This document shows, piece by piece, positions 18,674 through 28,802 of a DNA stretch of 37,052 nt. The first letter of the stretch is position 1, and every line of letters begins with the position of its first letter. This DNA is from Eubacteriales bacterium (lineage in GTDB: Bacteria > Bacillota > Clostridia > Oscillospirales > CAG-272). The DNA is taken from positions 1-37,052 of the forward strand of contig JAZRHS010000014.1 of the NCBI GenBank assembly GCA_045644865.1, given 5' to 3'. Made by a program: the position numbers and the translations under genes. The notes beneath the pieces were generated by a model. It made no database searches. It was not told where the DNA came from and was given only the letters and a program-made list of their open reading frames with translations.

Positions 18674-19723
18674 ATGGAATTAAAGGAATTGATAATAAAG
18701 CTGTCGTCCCTTATGTCTGTAACCGGATATGAGGATTTCAGCGCGGATGCCGTTAAGGATATTGCGGATAAATATTTTGACGAATATTTCTGCGACGGCG
18801 TAAAAAACCAGGTGCTTGTGAAAAAATGCGGCAGAGAGAACGCCCCCAAAATAATCATAGACGCGCATTTTGACGAGATAGGAATGTATGTCAGCGAAAT
18901 AAGGGACGGCGGTTTTCTTAAGGTAACAAATATCGGCGGACTTGACACAAGAATAATGCAGGCGTCCGATGTGATCATATACGGCAAGAAAAGACTTCAC
19001 GGTATTGTGGCGGCAGTTTCGCCTCATTTGTCGGGTGAAAAGGACAGGGAAATCCTTCCCGAGGTTGGCGACCTGCTTATAGATACAGGTTATTCAAAGG
19101 AAGAGCTTTCTGAGCTTGTAGGGCTTGGTACTCCCGTGGGCTTTTATCCCAAATATACCGAGCTTCTTAATTCAAGGCTTGCGGGCAAGGGCTTTGACGA
19201 CAAGGCTTGTGCCGCCTGTGTAATAAAAGCGGTTGCCGAGCTTGACAGAGCTGATCTTGCGGGAGATGTGTATGTTCTGCTTTCCTCTCACGAGGAAACC
19301 GATCGCCTTGGCGGTGTGGTGTGCGGCACATACAGAATTTCGCCTGACTATGCTATGGTGGTAGATGTTAATTTAGGCAAAACTCCCGATACCAAGGCGC
19401 ACGAAACAGTTGTGCTTGGAGAGGGCGTTGCCCTTACGCTTTCGGCAGTTACCGACCGCGCGCTTACTAAAATGACAGCAGAGCTTTGTAATAAAAATGA
19501 CATAAATTATCAGCGAATTGTTTCGGCATCAAGAACGGGAACAAACGCTACAGCCCTTTCTCTTGTACGGGGCGGAGTGCCTGTTGTTGATGTGGGACTT
19601 CCCTTGAAGTCGATGCACACCTATAACGAGGTGCTTGACCTTGCAGATGCGGAAGCGCTTGTAAGTCTTGTGTCTGCGTTTGTGTCGGATAATGGAATAG
19701 CGGAGGTGTTTGGCAATGTATAA
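18674..19723 (+). CDS. M42 (TET) aminopeptidase, paralog 1
   Basis: AHFDE, GFDDK, HEET, VDV, SMHT metal/catalytic motifs. Confidence 0.9.
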   Translation: MELKELIIKLSSLMSVTGYEDFSADAVKDIADKYFDEYFCDGVKNQVLVKKCGRENAPKIIIDAHFDEIGMYVSEIRDGGFLKVTNIGGLDTRIMQASDVIIYGKKRLHGIVAAVSPHLSGEKDREILPEVGDLLIDTGYSKEELSELVGLGTPVGFYPKYTELLNSRLAGKGFDDKACAACVIKAVAELDRADLAGDVYVLLSSHEETDRLGGVVCGTYRISPDYAMVVDVNLGKTPDTKAHETVVLGEGVALTLSAVTDRALTKMTAELCNKNDINYQRIVSASRTGTNATALSLVRGGVPVVDVGLPLKSMHTYNEVLDLADAEALVSLVSAFVSDNGIAEVFGNV

Positions 19724-20786
19724 TGAAAGAACACAACTCTTAAAAGAGCTTTCGCTTGCCTTTGGACCTACGGGCTGCGAGGGTAATGTGGGAGAGGTAA
19801 TATGCAGGATAGCCGAGCAGTATTGCGACCTCTATGCCACAGACAGAATGGGCAATTTTGTTTTCAAGCTTTCGCCCAAGGTTTATACGGCGCACACCAA
19901 GAAGATAATGATTTCAGCGCATATGGACGAGGTGGGGCTTATGATAAATGAGATTGATGCCGACGGATACCTTAAATTTGAAACGGTAGGCGGCATTGAC
20001 TGCCGTGTCCTTTGCGGAAGAAATGTTACCGTGGGCGACGAAAGTAAAAAGATAAAGGGCGTGATAGCCTCAAAGGCAATTCACCACCAAAGCAAAGATG
20101 AGCGCAAAAAGCCTACAAAAACCTCAGAAATGTATATAGACATTGGAGCAACTTCAAAGGAAGAGGCTGAGAAGTATGTGGATATCGGAGATTTTGCAAC
20201 CTTTGACAGCGATTTTGTAGTCTTTGGCAAGGACGACAGAATGGTCAAGGGCAAGGCGCTTGATGACCGTATGGGCTGTGTTGTCCTGCTTGAGGTTATG
20301 AAGGCTCTTGCAGAGGGAAAAATAAAAAACGGCAACGAGCTTTATTTCTGCTTTACTGTAAGAGAAGAGGTAGGGCTTTCGGGAGCGCAGACCGTGGCGC
20401 AGGTGATAGAGCCCGATTATGCGGTGGTGCTTGAAGCTACGGCGGTGGCTGATATAGACGGAGTTGCGCCCGCGCGCCGTGTGGCAGATGTGGGAGAAGG
20501 CGGAGTTATCTCGGTAATGGATCGCTCCACGGTTTACAACCACAAGCTTGTGTCATATGTTCTTGAGCTTGCAGCGCTTAAGGGAATAAAGGCACAGGTC
20601 AAAAGATATGCTTCGGGCGGCAACGATGCGGGGCATATCCACAAAAGCGGAATCGGAGTCAAAACGGTGGCTGTTTCTGTTCCCACACGCTATCTCCATT
20701 CACCTGCCTGCGTGGCTTCGCTTGATGACCTTGACAGTATAATCGAGCTTGTCGAGGTGCTTATAGAAACTTGGAAATCGGTATAG
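19716..20786 (+). CDS. M42 (TET) aminopeptidase, paralog 2
   Basis: AHMDE, LDDR, REEVG, LEAT, GGNDA, YLHS; GGAGGTG RBS. Confidence 0.93.
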   Translation: MYNERTQLLKELSLAFGPTGCEGNVGEVICRIAEQYCDLYATDRMGNFVFKLSPKVYTAHTKKIMISAHMDEVGLMINEIDADGYLKFETVGGIDCRVLCGRNVTVGDESKKIKGVIASKAIHHQSKDERKKPTKTSEMYIDIGATSKEEAEKYVDIGDFATFDSDFVVFGKDDRMVKGKALDDRMGCVVLLEVMKALAEGKIKNGNELYFCFTVREEVGLSGAQTVAQVIEPDYAVVLEATAVADIDGVAPARRVADVGEGGVISVMDRSTVYNHKLVSYVLELAALKGIKAQVKRYASGGNDAGHIHKSGIGVKTVAVSVPTRYLHSPACVASLDDLDSIIELVEVLIETWKSV

Positions 20787-20799
20787 AGAGGAAACACAA

Positions 20800-21795
20800 A
20801 TGTATAATTTCTTAAAGCAAATAGTAAATATCCCTGCAGTATCGGGCAGAGAGGGAGCGCTTCTTGAAAAGATCAGAACGCTTATTTCTCCCTATGTTGA
20901 CGAGTGCAGCTTTGACAATCTTGGCAATCTTCTGGCTCTTAAAAGGGGAAGCGGAGAAAACAAAAAGAGCATAATGCTCTGCGCTCACGCTGATGAAATC
21001 GGGTTTATTGTAAATTATATAGAGGATAACGGTTTTATCCGTGTTGCACCTGTCGGCGGAATAAATTTTGTTTCCTCGTCCTACACCAAGGTGGTGTTTG
21101 AGAACGGAACAAAGGGGGTGCTTGTTCCCGAGGCAAAGATAAGCGAGCCTAAAAACTCTGACCTTTATTATATCGACATTGGCGCTGACAGTAAGAAGGC
21201 GGCAGAGAAAAAGATAAATATAGGCGATGTTGCCGTGGTTGAAGCAGGCGTGGACAAGCTTATGGGCAGACGCATTGTCGGCAGACCGCTTGACGACAGA
21301 ATAGGCTGTGCCGTGATCTTCGATATTGTCAGAAGTGTTGAAAATCCTTATAACGATTTGTGGTTTGTTTTCTCTGTTCAGGAGGAAGTGGGCTGCCGCG
21401 GCGCAAAGACGGCTGCAAATGTAATTTCCCCCGATGTAGCTCTTGTTTTTGATGTTACCGCAACAGGAGATACGGTGGGCGCACCCTCAATGGCTGTAAA
21501 GCTTGGCGACGGTGCGGCTGTAAAGATAAAGGACGCCTCGGTTATCTGCGACAGAGATACTGTGGATAGACTTATAGACCTTGCCAAAGAGAACAAGATA
21601 CCCTATCAATGCGAAATATTGAAGCAGGGCGGTACAGATACAAGCTCAATTCAGGTTTCGGGAAGCGGAGTCCGCGCAGGCGCGCTTTCCATTCCCACAA
21701 GATATATTCACTCGTCGGTTGAAATGATCGATATGAAGGACGCCGAGGCTTGCCGCGATCTTGCGGTGGCGTTTATAAATGACTATAACGGATAG
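20800..21795 (+). CDS. M42 (TET) aminopeptidase, paralog 3
   Basis: AHADE, LDDR, QEEVG, FDVT, GGTD, YIHS. Confidence 0.93.
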   Translation: MYNFLKQIVNIPAVSGREGALLEKIRTLISPYVDECSFDNLGNLLALKRGSGENKKSIMLCAHADEIGFIVNYIEDNGFIRVAPVGGINFVSSSYTKVVFENGTKGVLVPEAKISEPKNSDLYYIDIGADSKKAAEKKINIGDVAVVEAGVDKLMGRRIVGRPLDDRIGCAVIFDIVRSVENPYNDLWFVFSVQEEVGCRGAKTAANVISPDVALVFDVTATGDTVGAPSMAVKLGDGAAVKIKDASVICDRDTVDRLIDLAKENKIPYQCEILKQGGTDTSSIQVSGSGVRAGALSIPTRYIHSSVEMIDMKDAEACRDLAVAFINDYNG

Positions 21796-21805
21796 GACGG
21801 ACAGA

Positions 21806-23071
21806 ATGGAAATTTCAGAAAAAATATACTCACTTGTAGGCGAGGCGGAAAAGGCTCTTGCCCCTATATTTGCCGACATAGATAGGGTTTCCTTTGACAA
21901 CACGGCTAAAATAATGGAGCTTTTCAGAGAGCACAGAGTTTCGGAGGCAATGTTCAACCCTACCAGCGGATACGGATATGATGACAGGGGCAGAGATGTG
22001 CTTGACGAGATATGGGCAGAGGTAATGGGCGCGGAGTCGGCTTTCGTAAGACATAATATCGTAAACGGAACTCAGGCGCTCACCATAGGACTTTTTGGAC
22101 TTCTCCGACCGGGCGATGTTATGCTTTCTATTGCGGGAAAGCCTTACGATACCCTTGAGGAAGTAATAGGCATCTGTGGAATTGCAGGCGACGGCTCACT
22201 TAAGGATTTCGGAGTGGAATACTCGCAGATAGACCTTAAGGACGGCAGCTTTGATTTTGAAGTGATAAAGGAAAAGCTTGAGCTTTTCGGTAAGCGCGTT
22301 AAGGTTGTGTTTATTCAGCGCTCTAAGGGTTATCTTAACAGAAAGACCTTGAGCGTGGACGAGATCGGCGAGGCTGCAAAATTTGTAAAGTCAATAAATC
22401 CCGACCTTTATGTGGTAGTTGATAACTGCTACGGTGAGTTTGTTGACACAAAAGAGCCCTGCGCGGTAGGCGCAGATATGGTTATCGGCTCGCTTATCAA
22501 GAACCCCGGCGGCGGAATGGCTGAAACAGGCGGCTATATCGCGGGAACTGAGCGCGCGGTGGAGCTTGCTTCATACCGTCTTACCTCGGTAGGCGTGGGA
22601 CGGGAGGTAGGTGCGACTCTGGGGCTTAACAAAAGCCTTTACAAGGGACTTTTCTATGCTCCTCATACAACGGCTCAGGCGCTTAAGGTAGCGCATCTTG
22701 CGGCATATGTTTTTCAAGAGCTTGGGTATGATGTTGAGCCTAAATGGAATGACAGACACCACGATATAATTCAAACGGTTATTACAAGAGCTCCCGAAAA
22801 GCTTTGTGCATTCTGCAGGGGAATACAGAAGGGCTCTCCCGTGGACTCCTTCGTTACTCCCGAGCCTTGGGATATGCCGGGATACAGCGATCAGGTCATT
22901 ATGGCGGCAGGTGCTTTTACACAGGGGTCATCTATTGAGCTTTCGGCTGACGGACCTCTCCGCCCCCCGTATACCGCGTTTTTTCAGGGCGGTCTTACAT
23001 ACGAAAGCGGCAAGATAGGTATTATGTACGCCGCCGAAGAGATGTGGGCTCTTGACAAAGAGGGAAAATAA
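21806..23071 (+). CDS. YnbB-like PLP enzyme (methionine gamma-lyase / aluminium-resistance family)
   Basis: SGYGYDDRGR, GKPYDTL, IQRSKGY, DNCYGEF, GSLIKNPGGG, SIELSADGP. Confidence 0.9.
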   Translation: MEISEKIYSLVGEAEKALAPIFADIDRVSFDNTAKIMELFREHRVSEAMFNPTSGYGYDDRGRDVLDEIWAEVMGAESAFVRHNIVNGTQALTIGLFGLLRPGDVMLSIAGKPYDTLEEVIGICGIAGDGSLKDFGVEYSQIDLKDGSFDFEVIKEKLELFGKRVKVVFIQRSKGYLNRKTLSVDEIGEAAKFVKSINPDLYVVVDNCYGEFVDTKEPCAVGADMVIGSLIKNPGGGMAETGGYIAGTERAVELASYRLTSVGVGREVGATLGLNKSLYKGLFYAPHTTAQALKVAHLAAYVFQELGYDVEPKWNDRHHDIIQTVITRAPEKLCAFCRGIQKGSPVDSFVTPEPWDMPGYSDQVIMAAGAFTQGSSIELSADGPLRPPYTAFFQGGLTYESGKIGIMYAAEEMWALDKEGK

Positions 23072-23088
23072 AAGTTTACAATTTTTTG

Positions 23089-23117
23089 TAGAAATACAAG
23101 GTCTTTTTTGATAAAAT
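23089..23117 (+). promoter_or_regulatory. Putative promoter for lipoprotein and downstream genes
   Basis: TAGAAA-17bp-TAAAAT with TGn. Confidence 0.4.
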
Positions 23118-23157
23118 AAAAGATGATATATTTTTGAATTGAAAGGAAATATTCAAG

Positions 23158-24192
23158 ATGAAAAAGATAATTTCGGCTATTCTTTTGACAGCAATGCTGC
23201 TTACCTGCCTTGTGGGCTGTGCAGATACCGCGCCCAAGGGCTATCAGCTTGTTTCGGGTGAGGATGAAATATTTGAGCTTTACGCCCCCAAGACTTGGGT
23301 AAACAATATGGCAAGCGGACTTGCAGGCGCTTATTATTCGCTTGAGGACAATATCGTTGTCAGCGCAAAGACTATAAGAGATGCTAAAAACTACACGCTT
23401 GGTGAATTTATGACACTTGCTATAGAAAGCTATGAGTCTATGGACGGCTATGAGCTTGTATCGTCCTATGAATCCACCATTCTTGGCGGTCAGCCCGCAT
23501 ATGTTATGGAGTACAAGGCAACTGTAAAGGAAAAAGGAGAGAATGATGCCGTAAACGAGGTGGTTTACAAGTTCAAGTCGCTTATTGTAAAGTATGAGGC
23601 AACTCTTACAATGCTTGTATACAGCGCTCCCGAGGCGTATTATGATACTGCTATAAATGATTTTGACGGCATAATCGCGAATTTTATATTCAAGAGCTTT
23701 GAGGACGGCGAAATTGAAAAGGACGATTTCACAGTGCTTGTTGATGAAAACACACCCGAGGGCTTCCAGCTTGCTTCCAAGGATAAGTATGAATTCAGAT
23801 TTTATGTTCCACTCACCTGGACTGTGCAGAGAAGAACCTATAACCCCAGTGCTTATTTTGCAACAGATGACCTTTCCAATGTAAAGCTTTCAAGCAAGGT
23901 TATGTCCGGGGAAATAGTTGACGGTGAAAGCTATTGGAATGAATATGTTGAAACCGCGTCCTACGAGATTACCGACATAGTGGTTGACGAGAATGCGAAG
24001 ATGGGCGGATATGACGCATATGCGGTTGAATATATGGCTATCCTTTCCGGACTCAGATATATGGTTAAGCAGGTGTTCCTTCCTGTAGGAAATATGCTTT
24101 ATATTTTCACCTACACCTCTGACAGAGTTCATTATGACAGACATCTTGACGATGTAAATTCTATGATTGAACTTTTCGAGTTCAAGAAGTGA
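23158..24192 (+). CDS. Lipoprotein with two tandem PsbP/DcrB-like domains
   Basis: Lipobox LVGC (Cys21); internal duplication PKGYQL..FELYAPKTW / PEGFQL..FRFYVPLTW; fold is inferred. Confidence 0.75.
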   Translation: MKKIISAILLTAMLLTCLVGCADTAPKGYQLVSGEDEIFELYAPKTWVNNMASGLAGAYYSLEDNIVVSAKTIRDAKNYTLGEFMTLAIESYESMDGYELVSSYESTILGGQPAYVMEYKATVKEKGENDAVNEVVYKFKSLIVKYEATLTMLVYSAPEAYYDTAINDFDGIIANFIFKSFEDGEIEKDDFTVLVDENTPEGFQLASKDKYEFRFYVPLTWTVQRRTYNPSAYFATDDLSNVKLSSKVMSGEIVDGESYWNEYVETASYEITDIVVDENAKMGGYDAYAVEYMAILSGLRYMVKQVFLPVGNMLYIFTYTSDRVHYDRHLDDVNSMIELFEFKK

Positions 24193-24196
24193 TCCG

Positions 24197-25363
24197 ATGA
24201 AGGAGATTTATCTGGATAACAGCGCAACCACTGCTTTGTGCGACGGTGCGGTCAAGGCGATGACCGAGGCGATGACCGTTTATGGAAATCCGTCCTCTCT
24301 CCATTCGCTTGGGCACGCTGCGCAGAAGGCGGTTGATGAGGCGCGCAGCGCGCTTGGTATAGCCCTTGGCGTAAGAATGCCAAAGCCGGGGCAGATAATT
24401 TTCACCGCAAGCGGCACAGAGGCAAATAATCTTGCCATAAGAGGCTGTATCTACTCCAAGGCAAGAAGAACTACAAACAGAATAATTACAACAGATTCCG
24501 AACACCCTTCGGTGGACGGGCTTCTTCGCAAGCTTGAGGATGAGGGCTTTGAGGTTATCAGAATTCCTACGCGAGGCGGGGTTCTTGATATGTCGGCTCT
24601 TGAGCAGGCACTTGAAAAAAGCGTGCTTATGGTTACGATGATGCTTGTGAATAACGAAACGGGCGCAATGTATGATTTACCAAGGGTCTTTTCTATGGTA
24701 AAGCAGAAATATCCCGATGCGGTTACTCATTGTGATGCGGTTCAGGGCTTTATGAAGTGCAGATTTACTCCTTCGTCTATCGGTGCGGACCTTGTTAGCA
24801 TAAGCGCCCATAAAATTCACGGTCCTAAGGGCTTGGGCGCACTTTATGTCAGCGCAGATATACTTAAGCAGAGAAAGCTTGTTCCTATAATATATGGCGG
24901 CGGTCAGGAATACGGCTTCCGTTCGGGAACAGAAAATGTTGTAGGTATAGCGGGCTTTGGCGCGGCGGTGAGAGAGGCATATCTCGGACTTGATAAGGAG
25001 CTTTCTAAAATGGCGGCTCTTCGTGAATACGCGCTTCTCAAGCTTTCGGCACTTGATGTAAGGCTTAATACTCCCCTTGGAAGTGCGGCCCCCCATATTA
25101 TCAACTTTACCCTTCCAAATATAAAGAGCGAAACTATGCTTCATTATCTTTCGGGAGAGGGAATATATGTTTCAAGCGGTTCGGCTTGCTCGTCACATTC
25201 CCAGACGCCAAGCAGAGCCTTGACTGCATTCGGACTTTTGCCTGCTGATGCGGATTGCTCGCTTCGTGTAAGCCTTAGCAGGTATAATACCGAATCGGAT
25301 ATAGACGCCCTTGTTGAGCGTCTTGAAATGGGACTTCGTGTCCTTGTACGAATAAAAAGATAA
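24197..25363 (+). CDS. Group I cysteine desulfurase (IscS/NifS family)
   Basis: IYLDNSATT, GNPSSLH, VNNETG, HCDAVQ, SAHKIHGPKG (PLP Lys), RSGTEN, SSGSACSS (catalytic Cys). Confidence 0.95.
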   Translation: MKEIYLDNSATTALCDGAVKAMTEAMTVYGNPSSLHSLGHAAQKAVDEARSALGIALGVRMPKPGQIIFTASGTEANNLAIRGCIYSKARRTTNRIITTDSEHPSVDGLLRKLEDEGFEVIRIPTRGGVLDMSALEQALEKSVLMVTMMLVNNETGAMYDLPRVFSMVKQKYPDAVTHCDAVQGFMKCRFTPSSIGADLVSISAHKIHGPKGLGALYVSADILKQRKLVPIIYGGGQEYGFRSGTENVVGIAGFGAAVREAYLGLDKELSKMAALREYALLKLSALDVRLNTPLGSAAPHIINFTLPNIKSETMLHYLSGEGIYVSSGSACSSHSQTPSRALTAFGLLPADADCSLRVSLSRYNTESDIDALVERLEMGLRVLVRIKR

Positions 25364-25387
25364 GTTTTTTGAAAAGCGCGAGGTAAT

Positions 25388-26248
25388 ATGAAAGACAGTA
25401 TCCTTAAAAGAATAGAGCGTGGCTATGACGGCTTTTCAAAGGGACAAAAGGCAATAGCTGATTTTATAACCGCGCATTATGATAAGGCGGCGTTTATGAC
25501 GGCGGCAAAGCTTGGCGGCTACGCAAATGTATCCGAATCAACGGTAGTAAGATTTGCCTGTGAGCTTGGCTTTGGCGGTTATCCAGAATTCCAGCGTTCC
25601 TTGCGAGAGCTGGTAAGGAACAATCTTACATCCTTTCAGCGAGTTGAGGTATCAGATTCAATAATAGGCGACAAGGATGTGCTTACACAGGTCATTCTCT
25701 CAGATGCGGATAAGCTTCGGAATACCCTTGAAAGCATAGACAGAACTGCTTTTGAAAAGGCGGTTGATAAGCTTGTGGGCGCAAAGCGGATATACATACT
25801 CGGAGTGCGCTCGTCCGCAACTCTTGCGGGCTTTTTGCATCACAATCTTCAAATGGCGTTTGACAACATTACCCTTGTTCAAACAACATCGGGAAATGAG
25901 ATGCTTGAGCAGATAATGCGAATAGGCAAGGAAGATGTAATGGTTGCCATAAGCTTCCCTCGATACTCAAAGCGAATAATCAATGCCGTTGAATTTGCCA
26001 AGGACAACGGAGCAAATATAATTGCGCTTACAGACAGCGTGGATTCTCCCATAGCGCAGAGTGCCGATCAGCTGCTTACCGCAAGCAGCGATATGGCATC
26101 ATTTGTTGATTCACTTGTTGCGCCAATGAGCATTATAAACGCAATAGTTGTTTCGGTGGCTAAAAAGAAAAAAGAGGAGCTTACCGTCAGACTCAAGACC
26201 CTTGAAAAGATATGGGATGAGTATGATGTTTACGATAAAAAGCTATGA
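25388..26248 (+). CDS. MurR/RpiR-family regulator
   Basis: VSESTVVRFA..LGF.GYPE HTH plus SIS domain (GVRSS, ISFPRYS, LTDS..SP). Confidence 0.93.
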   Translation: MKDSILKRIERGYDGFSKGQKAIADFITAHYDKAAFMTAAKLGGYANVSESTVVRFACELGFGGYPEFQRSLRELVRNNLTSFQRVEVSDSIIGDKDVLTQVILSDADKLRNTLESIDRTAFEKAVDKLVGAKRIYILGVRSSATLAGFLHHNLQMAFDNITLVQTTSGNEMLEQIMRIGKEDVMVAISFPRYSKRIINAVEFAKDNGANIIALTDSVDSPIAQSADQLLTASSDMASFVDSLVAPMSIINAIVVSVAKKKKEELTVRLKTLEKIWDEYDVYDKKL

Positions 26249-27492
26249 GTGATAAGCGAAAGGTAATAGTTGTAGGCGGCGGCGCGGCAGGAATGATGGC
26301 GGCAATAAGCGCGGCAAGATACGGCGCAGAGGTGCTTCTGTTTGAAAAGAACGACCGCCTCGGAAAAAAGCTTCGCATAACAGGAAAGGGAAGATGCAAC
26401 CTTACCAATGATTGCGATATAAATGAATTTATGAATAATGTTCCCACAAATCCGAGATTCCTTTACGGGGCGCTTAACAGATTCTCTACAGAGGACACAA
26501 AGGCGTTTTTTGAGGAGCTTGGAGTGCCGCTTAAGACCGAGCGGGGAAAGAGAGTCTTTCCTGTTTCGGATAAGGCGCAGGATGTGGTCGACGCCCTTGC
26601 GCGTGGCTGCAGACGCGAAGGGGTAAGAATTATTTATGAAAAGGTAAAGGAACTGACCGCTGTTGACGGTGCGGTGGTTGGTGTAAAAACTGAAAAAGCT
26701 GAGTATTCCGCCGATGCCGTTATAGTTGCCACAGGCGGTATGTCATACAAGCAGACAGGCTCTGACGGTGATGGATACCGCTTTGCAAAAAGGCTTGGAT
26801 TAAGGGTTACAGAGCTTGTTCCTTCTCTTGTTCCCATTACCTCAAGCAGTAGAGTGTGTTCCAGAATGCAGGGGCTTTCGCTCAGAAATGTGGCGCTTAA
26901 AATAGTAAACAAAGAAAATGGCAAAAAGGTCTATGAGGACTTTGGGGAAATGATGTTTACGCATTTTGGCGTAACAGGCCCTCTTATACTCTCGGCATCG
27001 GCGCATATTCCCGATATAAATACTGCGTCTTACGAGGCTCATATCGACTTAAAGCCCGCCCTTGATATGAAAACATTGGATACAAGGCTTTTGTCCGACT
27101 TTTCTAAATTCGCTAACCGCGATTTTGCTAACTCGCTTGGTGAGCTTTTGCCCCAGAAGATGATAGATGTTGTGGTTGAGCTTTCGGGAATTCCCCCTCA
27201 CAAAAAGGTTAATTCCATAACAAAAGAGGAAAGGCAGGGGCTTGCAGAGCTTATAAAATGCTTCAGAATATCGCTTGACGGTTTCCGTCCAATAAATGAG
27301 GCAATAATTACAAAGGGCGGAGTTGATGTTAAGCAGATAATTCCGGGCACTATGCAGGCAAAGGGAATAAGCGGACTTTATTTTGCAGGCGAGGTGCTTG
27401 ATGTTGACGCATATACAGGCGGATTTAATCTTCAGATAGCCTTTTCCACAGCGGTCGTTGCGGGTGAAAGCGCGGCGATGGGCGAGTGGTGA
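26245..27492 (+). CDS. HI0933/YhiN/BaiN-family flavoprotein
   Basis: GGGAAG, GKKLRITGKGRCN, ATGG.SY..TGSDGDG, FTHFGVTGP, TKGGV, GEVLD..TGGFNLQ. Confidence 0.92.
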   Translation: MSDKRKVIVVGGGAAGMMAAISAARYGAEVLLFEKNDRLGKKLRITGKGRCNLTNDCDINEFMNNVPTNPRFLYGALNRFSTEDTKAFFEELGVPLKTERGKRVFPVSDKAQDVVDALARGCRREGVRIIYEKVKELTAVDGAVVGVKTEKAEYSADAVIVATGGMSYKQTGSDGDGYRFAKRLGLRVTELVPSLVPITSSSRVCSRMQGLSLRNVALKIVNKENGKKVYEDFGEMMFTHFGVTGPLILSASAHIPDINTASYEAHIDLKPALDMKTLDTRLLSDFSKFANRDFANSLGELLPQKMIDVVVELSGIPPHKKVNSITKEERQGLAELIKCFRISLDGFRPINEAIITKGGVDVKQIIPGTMQAKGISGLYFAGEVLDVDAYTGGFNLQIAFSTAVVAGESAAMGEW

Positions 27493-27516
27493 AAATAAAA
27501 AATTGGAGGAATTTTT

Positions 27517-28185
27517 ATGTTTAAGATCGCAATAGACGGGCCCAGCGGAGCAGGAAAAAGCACTGTTGCAAAGGCTCTTTCAAAAAAGCTTGGAATTGTT
27601 TATGTGGATACAGGCGCACTTTACCGTACCGTGGGCTACTACATTCGCTCGGTTGGCGCAGACCCCAAATCGTCAGAGCAGGTAACACCTCATCTCAAGG
27701 ATATAAATATTGAAGTTAAATACGAGAACGGAGCGCAATGCGTATACCTCAACGGTGAAAACCTTGGGGATAAAATCCGCGAGCCCGAAATTTCTATGTA
27801 CGCTTCAGCCGTTTCGGCAATTCCCTCGGTAAGAGCCTTCCTGCTTGAAACACAGAAGGCGGTTGCCAGAGCAAATAATGTTGTTATGGACGGCAGAGAT
27901 ATCGGTACTGTAATACTTCCCGACGCGGAGGTTAAAATTTTCCTTACCGCCACCGCCGAGTGCAGAGCAAAAAGACGAGTTCTTGAGCTTGCTGAAAAGG
28001 GAATGGAAGCAAAGTATGAGGATGTACTCAGAGAAATGATTGAGCGCGACAATAATGACAGAAACCGTGATGTTGCACCTGCGCTTCCTGCAGAGGACGC
28101 GGTAATGCTTGACAACTCGGATCTTACATTTGAGCAGACTCTTGATAAAATAATAGAGATCGCAAAACAGAGGATCGATATATGA
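27517..28185 (+). CDS. cmk: Cytidylate kinase
   Basis: AIDGPSGAGKST, DTGALYR, MDGRDIGT, ERD..D..R. Confidence 0.97.
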   Translation: MFKIAIDGPSGAGKSTVAKALSKKLGIVYVDTGALYRTVGYYIRSVGADPKSSEQVTPHLKDINIEVKYENGAQCVYLNGENLGDKIREPEISMYASAVSAIPSVRAFLLETQKAVARANNVVMDGRDIGTVILPDAEVKIFLTATAECRAKRRVLELAEKGMEAKYEDVLREMIERDNNDRNRDVAPALPAEDAVMLDNSDLTFEQTLDKIIEIAKQRIDI

Positions 28186-28802
28186 CGGGAGCTTACAAAT
28201 TTATCTACACAAAGCTTATGTGGGCGGTAAAGTTTTTTTATCAGCTTAAGCTTGTAGGTACAGAAAACGAGCCTGACAACGGCCCGCTATTGGTTTGCTC
28301 CAATCATATTTCTGCTGCAGACGCCGTGCTTGTAAGCGCGGCAACCCGAAACCAGATATGCTATATGGCGAAAAAGGAGCTTTTCGGAGTTCCGCTTCTC
28401 GGTAAGCTTCTTCGCAGCGCAGGTTGCTTTCCCGTTGACCGCGGTGGCAAGGATGTTGGTGCGGTAAAGAAGGCTATCGCTATACTTAACGGGGGCGGAA
28501 GGGTAGGTATATTCCCCCAAGGAACACGCCATCCCGGGGAAGACCCACGAAGCACAGCGGTTAAAACTGGCGCGGCAATGATAGCGGTCCGCGCAGGTGT
28601 GGATATTCTTCCTGTGTTTGTGCATAGAAAAAATAATACGCCAAGACTCTTCAGAAAAACTACCGTAATAATAGGAAAGCCCATTAAGCTTTCGGAGCTT
28701 GGATATGATCCCGAAAAAAGCGGTGAGTACAATCGAATAACCGAGAGGATATTTGACGAGATCTGTAAGCTTGGGGAGGACTTTGTAAAATGCCAAAAGT
28801 AA
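28182..28802 (+). CDS. plsC: 1-acyl-sn-glycerol-3-phosphate acyltransferase
   Basis: NHISAAD (HX4D), MAKKEL, FPVDRG, IFPQGTR. Confidence 0.92.
   Translation: MTGAYKFIYTKLMWAVKFFYQLKLVGTENEPDNGPLLVCSNHISAADAVLVSAATRNQICYMAKKELFGVPLLGKLLRSAGCFPVDRGGKDVGAVKKAIAILNGGGRVGIFPQGTRHPGEDPRSTAVKTGAAMIAVRAGVDILPVFVHRKNNTPRLFRKTTVIIGKPIKLSELGYDPEKSGEYNRITERIFDEICKLGEDFVKCQK

Noticed and set aside
564-23088. Identical 14-mer TTTACAATTTTTTG at 564 and 23075
   Set aside because: Low complexity and different position relative to the promoters; likely chance
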